Both the position numbers and the translations under genes were made by a program. A stretch of DNA of 64,000 nucleotides, taken from NCBI GenBank assembly GCA_024235175.1, contig JACKMX010000009.1, positions 32,704-96,703 on the forward strand, written 5' to 3'. The notes beneath the pieces were generated by a model. That model worked only from the letters and a program-made list of their open reading frames with translations. It did no database searches and had not been told where the DNA came from. Below, piece after piece: positions 35,647-45,550 of this stretch; position 1 is the stretch's first letter, and each line of letters begins with the position of its first letter. Source of the stretch: Chromatiaceae bacterium (GTDB lineage: Bacteria; Pseudomonadota; Gammaproteobacteria; Chromatiales; Chromatiaceae).

Positions 35647-36186
35647 GTGGCTGAAGACGTAAGACGCATGGTTGTCGGGGTGGTGGGCCGGCTCGGACGG
35701 GAGACGCAGCTGCACCTGGATGAGCGCTACCGCCATTTCTGGATCACCAACCTGCTCATCGTCATAATCTCCATACTGCTGGTGGTGGTTGCCATCTTTA
35801 ATGTCTATTACATACGGGTTTTATACCAGGATTTGAATGGTATCGTGTTCAATATGGATTCGATGCATGATCATCTGCGCGTGGTAAAGGGCAGCATGGA
35901 TGAGATTACCGAAAGGGTTGAATCCTTCGATCGGCATATGGGCCATATGGATCAGATCAACCAGCACACCGCTTCCATGTCCAAATCCCTGCCGCGAATT
36001 GCCACGGCAATGACTGAAATGTCGGGGGAGGTTCACGCCATAAGAAACGAAATGGGTGTGTTGCGGGGTGCGATGACCAATATCGACCAGCGAGTCAACC
36101 ACATGATCGGCAGTGTTGCCAGTATGCGCGAGAATGTGCACCAGATATCGCGGCCGATGGGTGTAATGAACCCCTTCATGCCTTGA
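35647..36186 (+). CDS. Membrane-anchored Met/His-rich coiled-coil protein (paralogue B)
   Basis: It has a GTG start and one TM helix (LLIVIISILLVVVAIF). The same periodic Met/His-rich C-terminal region ends ...GVMNPFMP*. Confidence 0.65.
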   Translation: MAEDVRRMVVGVVGRLGRETQLHLDERYRHFWITNLLIVIISILLVVVAIFNVYYIRVLYQDLNGIVFNMDSMHDHLRVVKGSMDEITERVESFDRHMGHMDQINQHTASMSKSLPRIATAMTEMSGEVHAIRNEMGVLRGAMTNIDQRVNHMIGSVASMRENVHQISRPMGVMNPFMP

Positions 36187-36193
36187 AAGAGTA

Positions 36194-38020
36194 TTAGTTG
36201 AGGACGCGCCGCTCACTCCTTTTGGAAACGAGCATAAACTCAATTCGCCGATTAGCCCTGCGTCCCTCGGGTGTGTCATTGCTGGCGATCGGGCGGTGAG
36301 GGCCGTATCCCGTGACCACCATCCGTGCTGGATCCACCTTTGCGTTGTGCTGCAGGAAGCGGACTGCAGCCGCAGCGCGTGCAGCGGAGAGTTCCCAGTT
36401 GGAGGGGAACGGCGACTCTCTGCCGACCGGAACAGCGTCGCTGTGGCCCTCCACGCTGATCAGCCTGTCGGGATAGGCGTTGAGCAGCTCCGCCAGCAGC
36501 ATCAGCGCCTTCTTGCCGCTCCGTTTGATGGTAAAGGACGAAATGTTGAACAGCACTTCTGCCGGAACCTGTATAACGGTGCTTTTGTCCTGCAGATACT
36601 GTATCTGCACCCGGTGCTTTTGCAGCTCCTGCTGCAGCTGGGCAAACTGCTCCCGCTCACTGTTTCTCAATGTTTCCAGTTCACTGAAGCGGCGTGCCAG
36701 ATCCTCGTAGTCGGAGGAGACCCGTTGATAACTCGAGCGCAATTCGGCAATGTTTCGTTGGGCAGTGCTGATCTCCTGCTCCTTGAACACTATGGCAGCC
36801 GAGGCGGTATCTATACGCGACTGCAGCAGCTGTTGCTGGGTGTTGGATTGTTTCAGGCGGGAGAGCAGCTCGGAACGTTCCTGCACCGCTGCTTTCTGTT
36901 GCGCTTCCAACATCAACTGGTTTTCGGTCTTTAGATCGACTTCCCTTTTGAGCTGTTCCTGGATTGCCAGACTTGCCAGTAAATCGCTGTTCAGTTTTTT
37001 CTGTGTCACAGTCAGGGTATCAAGCTCGGCCTGTACCTGTGCTCTGGAGGATTTGATCTCCTCGAGGTCGGTATGAAGGCGGTTGCGCTCAGCCAGGGAT
37101 GCCTCCAGTTCGCCGCTGATATGTTCTTTGGCCAACCGTGCTTTCTCCAGGTCCGAACTCAGGCGCTCCCCTGCGGTGAGCGCTTGCTGCAGTTCGTTGC
37201 TGATCCTCTCACGCAGCACTTTGGTTCTGGCAAGGTCGGATGCAAGTTTCTGTTCGTTGCTGAGGGAGGCTTCCAGTTTGTTGCTGATCTGCTCTTTTGA
37301 GCTCTGCAACTGATCGAGTCTCTTCTTTAACGCCTCTCTGGCCCGGGCGGACTCTTCGAGTTGTTTACTGATCTGGTCGGTTGAGGTTTGTAGCTCACTG
37401 AGACTGGTGCTGAGCTGTTGCCTGTTGGGGGGCGAGTTGCTCATTTCACTGTTGATCTTCATTTTTGACTGCTGCAACTGGTCCAGATCCTCGGTCAGGC
37501 GATTTCGTGTGTCTATCCAGGCTGCAAGCTCTCCGATGATCTGTTCCCGTGATATCTGAATCTCTCCCAGCTGCTGAGTCAGTTGATTTCTCTCATCCAT
37601 TGAGCTCGCCAACTCATTTTTGATGTTTTCGCTGGTTTCACTGAGCCGTTCAAACTCCTGCTGCAGCTGTTTGCGGGAAGATTCTGATGCCTTCAGATTG
37701 TCATTCAGCGTGTTACGGGCAGCGATAGTTCCTTTAAGGGTCTGGTCCAGGTTTTTGATATCGGCTTCTGCGCTGCCCAGTTGGAGGCGCAACGACTCGC
37801 CGGTATCACTCAGCTTACTGTTTTCCCCCCGCAATGACTGGACGCTGTTGTTGAGTTCGGAAATCTTATCGCTTAACTGGCTCTGTCTGGCCTCCGCCGA
37901 CTGCTGATAGGTGAGAAGTGCTTTGCGTTCCAGGAAGTAGGCGCCGGCAGCGATGGCCGCGGCAAGTGTTGCGGAGATGCTCCATATCCACAGGCTCAGG
38001 TTTTTATTGTTGTTGCTCAT
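36194..38020 (-). CDS. OmpA/MotB-domain protein with a long repetitive coiled coil
   Basis: The C-terminus is an OmpA-like peptidoglycan-binding domain (VEGHSDAVPVG...NWELSAARAAAAVRFL...RRANRRIEF). It has an N-terminal TM helix (LSLWIWSISATLAAAIAAGAYF). The start at 38020 is preceded by GGAGAGAGG; the ORF is open to 38083. Confidence 0.8.
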   Translation of the reverse strand: MSNNNKNLSLWIWSISATLAAAIAAGAYFLERKALLTYQQSAEARQSQLSDKISELNNSVQSLRGENSKLSDTGESLRLQLGSAEADIKNLDQTLKGTIAARNTLNDNLKASESSRKQLQQEFERLSETSENIKNELASSMDERNQLTQQLGEIQISREQIIGELAAWIDTRNRLTEDLDQLQQSKMKINSEMSNSPPNRQQLSTSLSELQTSTDQISKQLEESARAREALKKRLDQLQSSKEQISNKLEASLSNEQKLASDLARTKVLRERISNELQQALTAGERLSSDLEKARLAKEHISGELEASLAERNRLHTDLEEIKSSRAQVQAELDTLTVTQKKLNSDLLASLAIQEQLKREVDLKTENQLMLEAQQKAAVQERSELLSRLKQSNTQQQLLQSRIDTASAAIVFKEQEISTAQRNIAELRSSYQRVSSDYEDLARRFSELETLRNSEREQFAQLQQELQKHRVQIQYLQDKSTVIQVPAEVLFNISSFTIKRSGKKALMLLAELLNAYPDRLISVEGHSDAVPVGRESPFPSNWELSAARAAAAVRFLQHNAKVDPARMVVTGYGPHRPIASNDTPEGRRANRRIEFMLVSKRSERRVLN

Positions 38021-38257
38021 GGGATATCCTCTCTCCATTTTTCCACAAACAGATTTGGTACAGAGGTAAAGCAGGCGGCGCACCAGAGGTACCGCCAGCC
38101 TCTTTACAGAATAGTGAATTCAACTGTGCTTTTCCAGCGTCAGTGGCTTGGTGGCGGAGAGGAGCAGGGTAACTCCCTGCCTGCTATTATTCAGGCCGAC
38201 ATTACTCCTTCAGGTGGGTGACTCGGTTGCTTCGATGTGTAACGGAATAGCTGGCGA

Positions 38258-38563
38258 ATGAGAGAGCTCTATCAGGCAAAAGACCGAATCGAAGCGCAGC
38301 TGTTGAAAGATTTTCTGGCCAGCTACCATATCCAGACCGTTGTGCACGGCGACTACCTGATCGGCGCTGTGGGGGAGCTGCCGGTACAGCCTTTTCCGGT
38401 GCTCTGGGTGCTGGAAGAGAGGGACTTCGATCGCGCCAGAGAGTTGGTGAAACATTTTCTAACCCAGGAAATGGCCGACGGGGATTGGCAGTGCACCCAG
38501 TGCGGGGAGTGCAATGAGGGGCAGTTCAATCAATGCTGGAACTGCGCCAGGGTGCGCGATTGA
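38258..38563 (+). CDS. DUF2007-like protein with C-terminal zinc ribbon
   Basis: The N-terminal ...AQLLKDFLASYHIQTVVHGD... pattern is DUF2007-like. The C-terminal WQCTQCGECNEGQFNQCWNC is a CxxC...CxxC motif. Confidence 0.65.
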   Translation: MRELYQAKDRIEAQLLKDFLASYHIQTVVHGDYLIGAVGELPVQPFPVLWVLEERDFDRARELVKHFLTQEMADGDWQCTQCGECNEGQFNQCWNCARVRD

Positions 38564-38669
38564 AAACATTTGTGTCGAGGGGCTCAGTCAGGCTCCGGTA
38601 TTGGAAATTATTCACTGTATAAGCCATCCTAAACTTACAGGGTATGGATTTATCTGAAGGGAGTGCGGA

Positions 38670-40796
38670 ATGGGAAAACTATTCAGGATACTCGGTTGGA
38701 GCTTAGGCCTGCTGGTCGTACTGGTGGTGGCGGCGGTATTGATACTGCCGCAGGTGGTCGATCCGAACGACTATAAAGAGGAGATCATTGCCGGAGTTAA
38801 ACAAAGGACGGGGCGCGATCTGACAATAGACGGCCGCATCGATCTCTCTGTATTCCCCTGGTTGGGGGTTGAAACCGGAGCGGTCACGCTGGGCAATGCG
38901 AAGGGCTTCGAGGGGACGGCCTTTGCAGCGGTAAAGGGTGCAGCGGTGCGGGTCAAACTGATGCCGCTGCTGAGCCGCAGGCTGGAGGTGGACACCATCG
39001 GCCTAAAAGGGCTTGAACTGAATCTGACGAGGCTGAAGAACGGCACCGGCAACTGGGATGATCTGGCAGGTAACGGCAAACAGGAAGAGGGTAAGGCCCG
39101 TTCGGTTGATGGTACCCAAAGCATGGACGGAGGGCTTGCCGGTCTCACCATCGGTGGTATCGATATCAGTGATGCCAGGATCTCCTGGGATGATCGCAGC
39201 ACAGGCCGGAAGCTATCGATAGAGCAGTTCCGCCTGCACAGCGGGCCGGTGGTTTCCGGAAAACCTGTTGATCTCAAACTCGGCATGACACTGCAAAACG
39301 AGCAGCCGGCAATCAATGCCAAACTTGAAATGAAAGGTGTAGTGGCATTGAATGAGGCGGCTGGCATCATTGATGTCGGCGGCTTGAAAATTGATCTGGA
39401 TGCCAAAGGAGAAGCGTTGCCGGGCGGTGCTGTCACGGCGGTATTGGAAGCCGCGATCAGCGCCGCGCTGAATGGTTCGCAGGTTGACGTAACCGGGCTC
39501 AGGCTGAGCGCAGGTGAGCTCATGCTGAACGCCAACCTGAAAGGGGAGGGTCTGGACCGGCAGCCTGCATTCAGTGGAGATCTTGATCTGGCCGAATTTG
39601 ATCTGCGCAAATGGATGGCCGGTCATGCGATGGCGCTTCCTCCGATGGCAGACGCAAAAACGTTGACCCGGGTTGGGGCCAGTCTGAAGCTCAACGCCGA
39701 GGGCGGGGCAACGCGTATTAACGATATTGCCGTGCGACTGGATGAGAGCCAGTTAACCGGCAGCGCAACATTGCGCGGCAGCGCGATTGGTTTCAATCTG
39801 AATCTGGATTCGATTGATCTGGACCGCTATCTGCCACCGGCAGAGGAGAGATCCGACAAGCCGGCAGCCCCATCAATGGCAGCCGGCGGTGGTAGCGCTT
39901 CCACGCGTGAAGAGACACTGTTGCCGGTCGAGATCCTGCGTAAGCTGGATCTCGATGGGGTGTTGAGCATCGGACGGCTGACAATCAGCAAACTGCTGGC
40001 AGAGCAGCTTGAGCTGACGCTGAAGGCAAAGGAAGGACAGCTCAATCTTGGCCAGCAAGTGGGGAATTTTTATCAGGGGGGATTCAAAGGGGAGACCAGT
40101 CTGGATGTGCGTGGCAAAACACCGAAAACGAAAATGGATGCGGCCGCAACCGGGATTCAGATCGGACCTCTTTTAAAGGACCTCTCCGGGCAGGAGAAGC
40201 TCACTGGGAAGGGCCGTTTCAGCGCCAATCTCAACACCCAGGGCAACAGTGTCGATGCGCTTAAACGAACCCTTGCGGGCAAGCTCGACTTCAGATTCGA
40301 AGATGGTGCACTCAAGGGGGTGAACGTCGCTAAGGCGATCCGCGAGGCCAAGGCCCGCCTGTCGGGAAAGCCCGTTCCGAAAAGCAACGAACCGGAGCAG
40401 ACCGATTTTTCCGAACTGAGCGGATCGGGTGTGATCACAAACGGGGTTCTCAGCAATCAGGATCTGTCGGCCAAATCGCCATATCTGAGAGTCACTGGCG
40501 CGGGTGAGGTCAATCTGGTTGCTGAAAATCTGGACTACAGGGTCGAAGGGATTGTGGTAAACACCGGCAAAGGGCAGGGCGGCGAAGGTCTGGATGAACT
40601 TCAGGGAGTGGTGATTCCGGTCCATCTGACCGGCCCGTTGGCCTCTCCCGATTACACGATTAACTGGGAAAAGATTCTGTTGGAAAGTCAGAAAGAAAAG
40701 CTCAAGGAGAAAATTCAGGAGAAGCTTGAGGAGAAGCTGAAAGGCAAGGGGCTTCCCGGTGGGCTCCAGGATAAACTGAGGGGGCTATTTAATTGA
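38670..40796 (+). CDS. asmA: AsmA-family outer-membrane assembly protein
   Basis: The N-terminal anchor is MGKLFRILGWSLGLLVVLVVAAVLILPQVVDPNDYKEEI. The C-terminal FEDGALKGVNVAKAIREAKA string is AsmA_2-like. Confidence 0.8.
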   Translation: MGKLFRILGWSLGLLVVLVVAAVLILPQVVDPNDYKEEIIAGVKQRTGRDLTIDGRIDLSVFPWLGVETGAVTLGNAKGFEGTAFAAVKGAAVRVKLMPLLSRRLEVDTIGLKGLELNLTRLKNGTGNWDDLAGNGKQEEGKARSVDGTQSMDGGLAGLTIGGIDISDARISWDDRSTGRKLSIEQFRLHSGPVVSGKPVDLKLGMTLQNEQPAINAKLEMKGVVALNEAAGIIDVGGLKIDLDAKGEALPGGAVTAVLEAAISAALNGSQVDVTGLRLSAGELMLNANLKGEGLDRQPAFSGDLDLAEFDLRKWMAGHAMALPPMADAKTLTRVGASLKLNAEGGATRINDIAVRLDESQLTGSATLRGSAIGFNLNLDSIDLDRYLPPAEERSDKPAAPSMAAGGGSASTREETLLPVEILRKLDLDGVLSIGRLTISKLLAEQLELTLKAKEGQLNLGQQVGNFYQGGFKGETSLDVRGKTPKTKMDAAATGIQIGPLLKDLSGQEKLTGKGRFSANLNTQGNSVDALKRTLAGKLDFRFEDGALKGVNVAKAIREAKARLSGKPVPKSNEPEQTDFSELSGSGVITNGVLSNQDLSAKSPYLRVTGAGEVNLVAENLDYRVEGIVVNTGKGQGGEGLDELQGVVIPVHLTGPLASPDYTINWEKILLESQKEKLKEKIQEKLEEKLKGKGLPGGLQDKLRGLFN

Positions 40797-40997
40797 ATCC
40801 GAAGCACATTATGGCTCTATACACACAAAAGGAGAGTGATAGAATTAGAACTGTTGGTCTGATGTTCTACCAACGGGGACAGTATATAGAGCGGCAGTTG
40901 CCGCAGAATTGGATCGGGTGCTGTGACAGACGGATCACAGACTCCTCTGCGAGTACGGCTTACGGCTCCGGTTACAGAGTTAATGGGTAAGGATAAT

Positions 40998-41261
40998 ATG
41001 ATTAAACACACTTCTACAAAGCTGGCGGTTATGGCTTTGGTGTTGGGATTGGTTTCAGGTTGTGCAACGACCGATCAGATGAAACAGATGCAGGCCGGCA
41101 TTGACCAGGCGCAGGAGCGTGCGGATGCGGCACTTGCGGCAGCGAAGGCAGCTGACTCCAGGGCTTCGGCCGCTATGGATGCAGCCACCGCGGCGCAGAA
41201 TCAGGCGGATGACTGCTCCGAACGTTGCAATCGCATTATGAGTAAAGCCATGTCCAAGTAA
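40998..41261 (+). CDS. Lpp-like alanine-zipper lipoprotein
   Basis: AAGGAT lies upstream of the ATG at 40998. The lipobox is LVLGLVSGC. The mature part is an Ala/Gln-rich helix (QAQERADAALAAAKAADSRASAAMDAATAAQNQA). Confidence 0.75.
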   Translation: MIKHTSTKLAVMALVLGLVSGCATTDQMKQMQAGIDQAQERADAALAAAKAADSRASAAMDAATAAQNQADDCSERCNRIMSKAMSK

Positions 41262-41271
41262 AGGCTTGAAA

Positions 41272-41300
41272 CCGGGGTGGCATGCATTTGGCCGCCCCGG
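41272..41300. terminator. Hairpin between convergent genes (possible bidirectional terminator)
   Basis: CCGGGGTGGC-atgcatttg-GCCGCCCCGG pairs at 9 of 10 positions. There is no clear U-tract. Confidence 0.4.
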
Positions 41301-41332
41301 TCCGTCAATCCTTCACGGACAATAAACCGCAT

Positions 41333-42244
41333 TCAAGGGGAGACAGGCACCGGGATGCCGCTGTGTGTCAATGCGGCATCCATCAAGCTGTCCCAATCTA
41401 TGGCAGGCCGGCGCGAACCCACGGCTGCACTTACTGCTTCCTGCAGCTGGGCGATATCCACGACAGCATTCTGTCGCTGCTCACTGAGCGGCTGATGCGC
41501 CTCGATATGGAGACGCCCGTTCACCCAGCCAAGCTTGTACGGTTGATTGATAATGCGGACCCGGGTATCGATTGGGATGCGCGGAAAGAGTTTCTCTATA
41601 TCCTCGGGATAAAGCCTGATACAACCATGACTGACGCGCATGCCCACACCGAAAGGCTTGTTCGTTCCATGCAGCAGGTAGCCGGGTAAAGCAAGGTAGA
41701 TGGCGTACGCGCCGAGCGGATTGTCGGGACCGGGTGGAACCACCTTAGGCAGAATATCGCCATTTTCCAGGTGCTCAATTCGGATAGATTCTGGCGGTGT
41801 CCAGGTGGGATTTGGCCGCTTTCCGGTAACACGTGTCTCTCCGACGGGGGTCTCCCAGCCTTCGCGTCCTATACCTAATGGATAGGTGATAACCCGGTTC
41901 TCTCCCTTTGGGTAGTAGTACAACCTCAACTCCGCCAGGTTGATGACTATGCCTTCACGTGGGCCCGGGGGCAGCAGAAAGCGGGTCGGCAGCATGATCT
42001 CCAGTCCCTCGCCCGGCAGCCATGGATCGACTCCCGGATTGGCTTCGCTGATCTCCAGGAATCCGAGATCGTTGGCGCGGGCGATATCTGACAGGGTATC
42101 CTCGTAACGGCTGGTAACGCTGGAAATATCACCCACTACGTCTATGCCCGGCAGCGGCATGGGAAACTCACGGGCCACTCCGGTCAGAGGTACAGCCAGG
42201 CAGAACGCGATCAAGCAGGTCGGCAGGATTTTCAATATGTTCAC
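41333..42244 (-). CDS. L,D-transpeptidase (YkuD domain) with LysM-like N-terminal region
   Basis: It has a signal peptide and the catalytic string LHGTNKPFGVGMRVSHGCIRLYPEDI. Confidence 0.85.
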   Translation of the reverse strand: MNILKILPTCLIAFCLAVPLTGVAREFPMPLPGIDVVGDISSVTSRYEDTLSDIARANDLGFLEISEANPGVDPWLPGEGLEIMLPTRFLLPPGPREGIVINLAELRLYYYPKGENRVITYPLGIGREGWETPVGETRVTGKRPNPTWTPPESIRIEHLENGDILPKVVPPGPDNPLGAYAIYLALPGYLLHGTNKPFGVGMRVSHGCIRLYPEDIEKLFPRIPIDTRVRIINQPYKLGWVNGRLHIEAHQPLSEQRQNAVVDIAQLQEAVSAAVGSRRPAIDWDSLMDAALTHSGIPVPVSP

Positions 42245-42301
42245 TCACAGGTTTTTTGCCATATTATCGCATAATCTCATTTACATGATGCCCGGCCACA
42301 G

Positions 42302-43387
42302 ATGCAAGATGGCGTGCTGAGCAGCAAAGAATTTTCCAGGCGCCTGCTGCAGTGGCACCGGTGCGCCGGGCGCAAGGATTTGCCCTGGCAGCGGAGGAAT
42401 TCTTCCGCCTACTCGGTCTGGGTATCCGAGATCATGCTGCAGCAGACTCAGGTTGCCACTGTCATTCCCTACTTCAAACGATTTATGGCCCGTTTTCCCG
42501 ATGTGCTGCAACTGGCAGATGCGGATATGGACCATGTGCTGCATCATTGGTCCGGCCTGGGCTACTACGCCCGCGCCCGTAATCTGCACCGGGCGGCGCA
42601 AATAATCCGGGACGATCACGGTGGGCTTTTTCCGCAGCTGTTCGAGCAGGTGCTTTCATTGCCCGGAGTGGGCCGCTCCACCGCGGGTGCCGTGCTCTCG
42701 CTGGCATTCGGACAGCGGTACCCGATTCTTGACGGCAATGTAAAACGAGTGCTTACCCGTTTTTTTGCGGTGACGGGCTGGCCGGGAGAGACTTCGGTCC
42801 AGCAGCGACTGTGGACGATCGCGGATGAGCTGACACCCAGCCGGAATGCAGGTCTCTTCAATCAGGCGATGATGGATCTGGGTGCCGCTGTCTGCACGCG
42901 GCGGCAGCCCGCCTGCGCCAATTGTCCGCTGTCTGATCATTGCCGGGCTCATGTGGAAGGCAGCGTAGCGGATTACCCCGAAACCAGGGCGCGCAAAAGG
43001 CTGCCGCTGAAAGCGGTGCGCATGCTGCTGCTGCGCAAACGGGAAATGGTACTGCTGGAGCGGCGCCCGCCGACCGGTGTATGGGGCGGTCTATGGAGTT
43101 TTCCCGAGTGTGGAATGAATGCCGACCCGGTTGAGCATTGCGCAACCCGTCTGGGATTGAAGGTGGCGGCACTGCACAATCTGCCGCGCCGTCGCCACAC
43201 CTTCACGCATTTCAATCTTGATATACACCCGCTGGAACTGGAGATTGAAAACAGCGCGGAATCTGTGATGGATGGGATTGGACGAGTCTGGTATAACACC
43301 GCAAAACCTGATCGACTGGGACTGGCTGCACCGGTAGCCCGTTTGATCGATGAATTTCGAGCGTTACCGAAAGGAGATTGTGAATGA
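42302..43387 (+). CDS. mutY: A/G-specific adenine DNA glycosylase MutY
   Basis: It contains ...LPWQ...[15 protein letters not shown]..., an HhH-GPD core, a 4Cys cluster ([17 protein letters not shown]) and a C-terminal NUDIX-like domain. Confidence 0.9.
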   Translation: MQDGVLSSKEFSRRLLQWHRCAGRKDLPWQRRNSSAYSVWVSEIMLQQTQVATVIPYFKRFMARFPDVLQLADADMDHVLHHWSGLGYYARARNLHRAAQIIRDDHGGLFPQLFEQVLSLPGVGRSTAGAVLSLAFGQRYPILDGNVKRVLTRFFAVTGWPGETSVQQRLWTIADELTPSRNAGLFNQAMMDLGAAVCTRRQPACANCPLSDHCRAHVEGSVADYPETRARKRLPLKAVRMLLLRKREMVLLERRPPTGVWGGLWSFPECGMNADPVEHCATRLGLKVAALHNLPRRRHTFTHFNLDIHPLELEIENSAESVMDGIGRVWYNTAKPDRLGLAAPVARLIDEFRALPKGDCE

Positions 43388-43653
43388 GCCGAATGGTCAA
43401 CTGTGTGAAGCTTAAGCGTGAAGCGGAAGGGCTTGATCGTCCCACCTACCCCGGCGAGCTGGGTCAGCGCGTGTTTGAAAATGCTTCGAAAGAAGCCTGG
43501 CAGATGTGGCTGAAACACCAGACCATGCTGATCAACGAGTACCGCCTCAGCCCAATGGATCCAAAAGCGCGCAAGTACCTGGAAGAGCAGATGGAACAAT
43601 TTTTCTTTGGCGAGGGCGCAGAGGTGCCGGCACCATTCAATCCCCAGGTCTGA
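43384..43653 (+). CDS. yggX: Fe(2+)-trafficking protein YggX
   Basis: [55 protein letters not shown] is typical of YggX. Its start overlaps the mutY stop by 4 nt, the conserved mutY-yggX pairing. Confidence 0.9.
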   Translation: MSRMVNCVKLKREAEGLDRPTYPGELGQRVFENASKEAWQMWLKHQTMLINEYRLSPMDPKARKYLEEQMEQFFFGEGAEVPAPFNPQV

Positions 43654-43716
43654 TTTTCCTCCTTTGCGCTTGACTCAAACCCATCTCCCCGCTTTAATAC
43701 GCCTCTCCTCTCCCGA

Positions 43717-43792
43717 GGCCAGGTAGCTCAGTCGGTAGAGCAGGGGACTGAAAATCCCCGTGTCGGCAGTTCGATTCTGTCCCTGGCCACCA
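43717..43792 (+). tRNA. tRNA-Phe (GAA)
   Basis: 76 nt. The acceptor stem is GGCCAGG/CCTGGCC, with a D-loop AGCTCAGTCGGTAGAGC, an anticodon stem-loop GGGGA-CTGAAAA-TCCCC (anticodon GAA), a T-loop GGTTCGATTC-like sequence and an encoded CCA. It is close to E. coli tRNA-Phe. Confidence 0.95.
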
Positions 43793-43859
43793 TATAAATC
43801 AAATGGTTACGATAAATTCCCTGCTAGTTAGAAAAGCCTTTGCGGGAGTTTTGCGGGAC

Positions 43860-44942
43860 CTAGCTTACGCTTAACCTTCGCAACACCACCAATTCGGGCT
43901 TTCCTTGTCCTCGGTCACTTACACTGTCTGCCGCCTCAATGAGCCTCGAAAGCTCTGCAGCCGAGTAGTGTGTAGTGATCCTTCCTGACCGGTGTCCCAA
44001 TAGGTCTTGACGATCTTCAAAACTTACACCGGCAGCTCGTAAACGGCGACCTAGTGTGTGCTTCAGATCATGCACCCTGACTTGGGATAATCCCGCCCTG
44101 TTCCTTGCGCGAAGCCATGCAGTGTTCAGCATGCGTGTGATCGGCTTACCTCGGTAAGTGAAGACATAGGTGGGGTTTTTCCCTCTTTGGTCATTCACGA
44201 CTGACAAGGCGATTCGATTCATCACGACGAGCCGGTCATCTCCGTTCTTGATATACCAACCTGGAACAATGAATACCGACGTATCCAGTTCTGGTACTTT
44301 TAGTTCCCACTCCCACTGAAGGTTGCAGATCTCGTTGTCGCGGCAACCGGTGTTGACCGCAAACAACGCCATCTGTGCGAGGTGCCGTGGAAGCTCTTTG
44401 AACAATCTATCCTGCTCCCTCCAATTCAGCGGATAGGGTTGCCGCTTGTTGGTGTCGGCAAGCAGCTTGATCTTCGGAGCTGCCAGCAACCAGGTCATGC
44501 CATATTCATCAATCCACTCTGTTGCAGCAAGATTAAGAATACGCCGTACAACCTTCAAACCGTGGTTGATAGTTCCCACGGCAGCACTTTCCCTGCGCCG
44601 ATGATCGATCCATGGCTGTAAAGTCCCAATGTGAAGTCTGTCGAGCTGCGTGCCACCAATCCAGGGCAGCAGGAGCTTCAATCGTCCTATGTCGCTGGAA
44701 ATACTTCGTTTGTGCTGATTTTCCAGTACAAACTTGGCTGCGGCTGTCTCGAAAGTTCTATTAGGTCTTACGCCATAGACTTGAGCTTGCCGGGTCTCTT
44801 CAATCAGTCTTGCGAGGAAGCGCTCGGCTTCCTCAAGTCTATCCGTGCCAGTGCTCTGGCAAACTCGCCGCCCGCCGATGCGTTTGTCGATGTGCCAGAG
44901 GCCGGCGCGCTTGATGAGCCCCGGTATCTTTTTGCGTCCCAT
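43860..44942 (-). CDS. Tyrosine-type site-specific integrase
   Basis: The C-terminal catalytic region is ...VRVHDLKHTLGRRLRAAGV...LLGHRSGRITTHYS (R...HxxR...H...Y signature). It is adjacent to a tRNA gene. Confidence 0.9.
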   Translation of the reverse strand: MGRKKIPGLIKRAGLWHIDKRIGGRRVCQSTGTDRLEEAERFLARLIEETRQAQVYGVRPNRTFETAAAKFVLENQHKRSISSDIGRLKLLLPWIGGTQLDRLHIGTLQPWIDHRRRESAAVGTINHGLKVVRRILNLAATEWIDEYGMTWLLAAPKIKLLADTNKRQPYPLNWREQDRLFKELPRHLAQMALFAVNTGCRDNEICNLQWEWELKVPELDTSVFIVPGWYIKNGDDRLVVMNRIALSVVNDQRGKNPTYVFTYRGKPITRMLNTAWLRARNRAGLSQVRVHDLKHTLGRRLRAAGVSFEDRQDLLGHRSGRITTHYSAAELSRLIEAADSVSDRGQGKPELVVLRRLSVS

Positions 44943-45190
44943 AGTTGGTCTCCTGTTAGTCGACCGGGACGCCCGTTGCGGGATTTATATTGCTCTACCC
45001 AGGCATCCAGTTCAAGCCTATCGAAGGCAATGCCTTGTTCACCGATCGGTATTTGAACCAAATACGGACGAACTTCGCTGTTGAAACGGTTCCTGTCCAT
45101 GCCCGTGTAAAAAGGTGCGTCCCGAAAACGAATAAGTCGGGGTAGGAGGGGAGGGAAGTTGTGCTCCCATTTTTGGGTTTTATCTGACAT
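44804..45190 (-). CDS. Excisionase/AlpA-like DNA-binding protein (tentative)
   Basis: ...RLIRFRDAPFYTGMDRNRFNSEVRPYLVQIPIGEQGIAFDRLELDAWVEQY resembles phage excisionase-type winged HTH proteins. Its 3' 139 nt overlap the integrase 5' end in another frame, so the C-terminal extent is uncertain. Confidence 0.45.
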   Translation of the reverse strand: MSDKTQKWEHNFPPLLPRLIRFRDAPFYTGMDRNRFNSEVRPYLVQIPIGEQGIAFDRLELDAWVEQYKSRNGRPGRLTGDQLWDAKRYRGSSSAPASGTSTNASAGGEFARALARIDLRKPSASSQD

Positions 45191-45550
45191 AACTACTACG
45201 AGCGAACAACGGTTATCCGGCCATTCTTGGAGATACCTTGCAAGCAATGCTTACTGGCAGGCAAACAGGGCAGATGAATGATTCCCCAGAAATTCTTCAT
45301 ACTCGTTCACCCTTGATGTCAGTTCTAGTCTGTCGAATTGCGTCGAGATGTGCAGTTACGAGCCTTACGCATCGCTGTCAAAACATTAGCACGGAGAAAA
45401 ATTGTGGGGCAAAGGTTAAATGTTTAGCACAGCGGTAAATCCAACGGGTTAGTAACCCGTCGGCACGCATGCCGGAGATCGGTGTCCCGGCATAATTGAA
45501 AAAGAACCGTGGTGTGTGTGACCGTGACTGCGCGTAGGCGCTGGGGGGGC

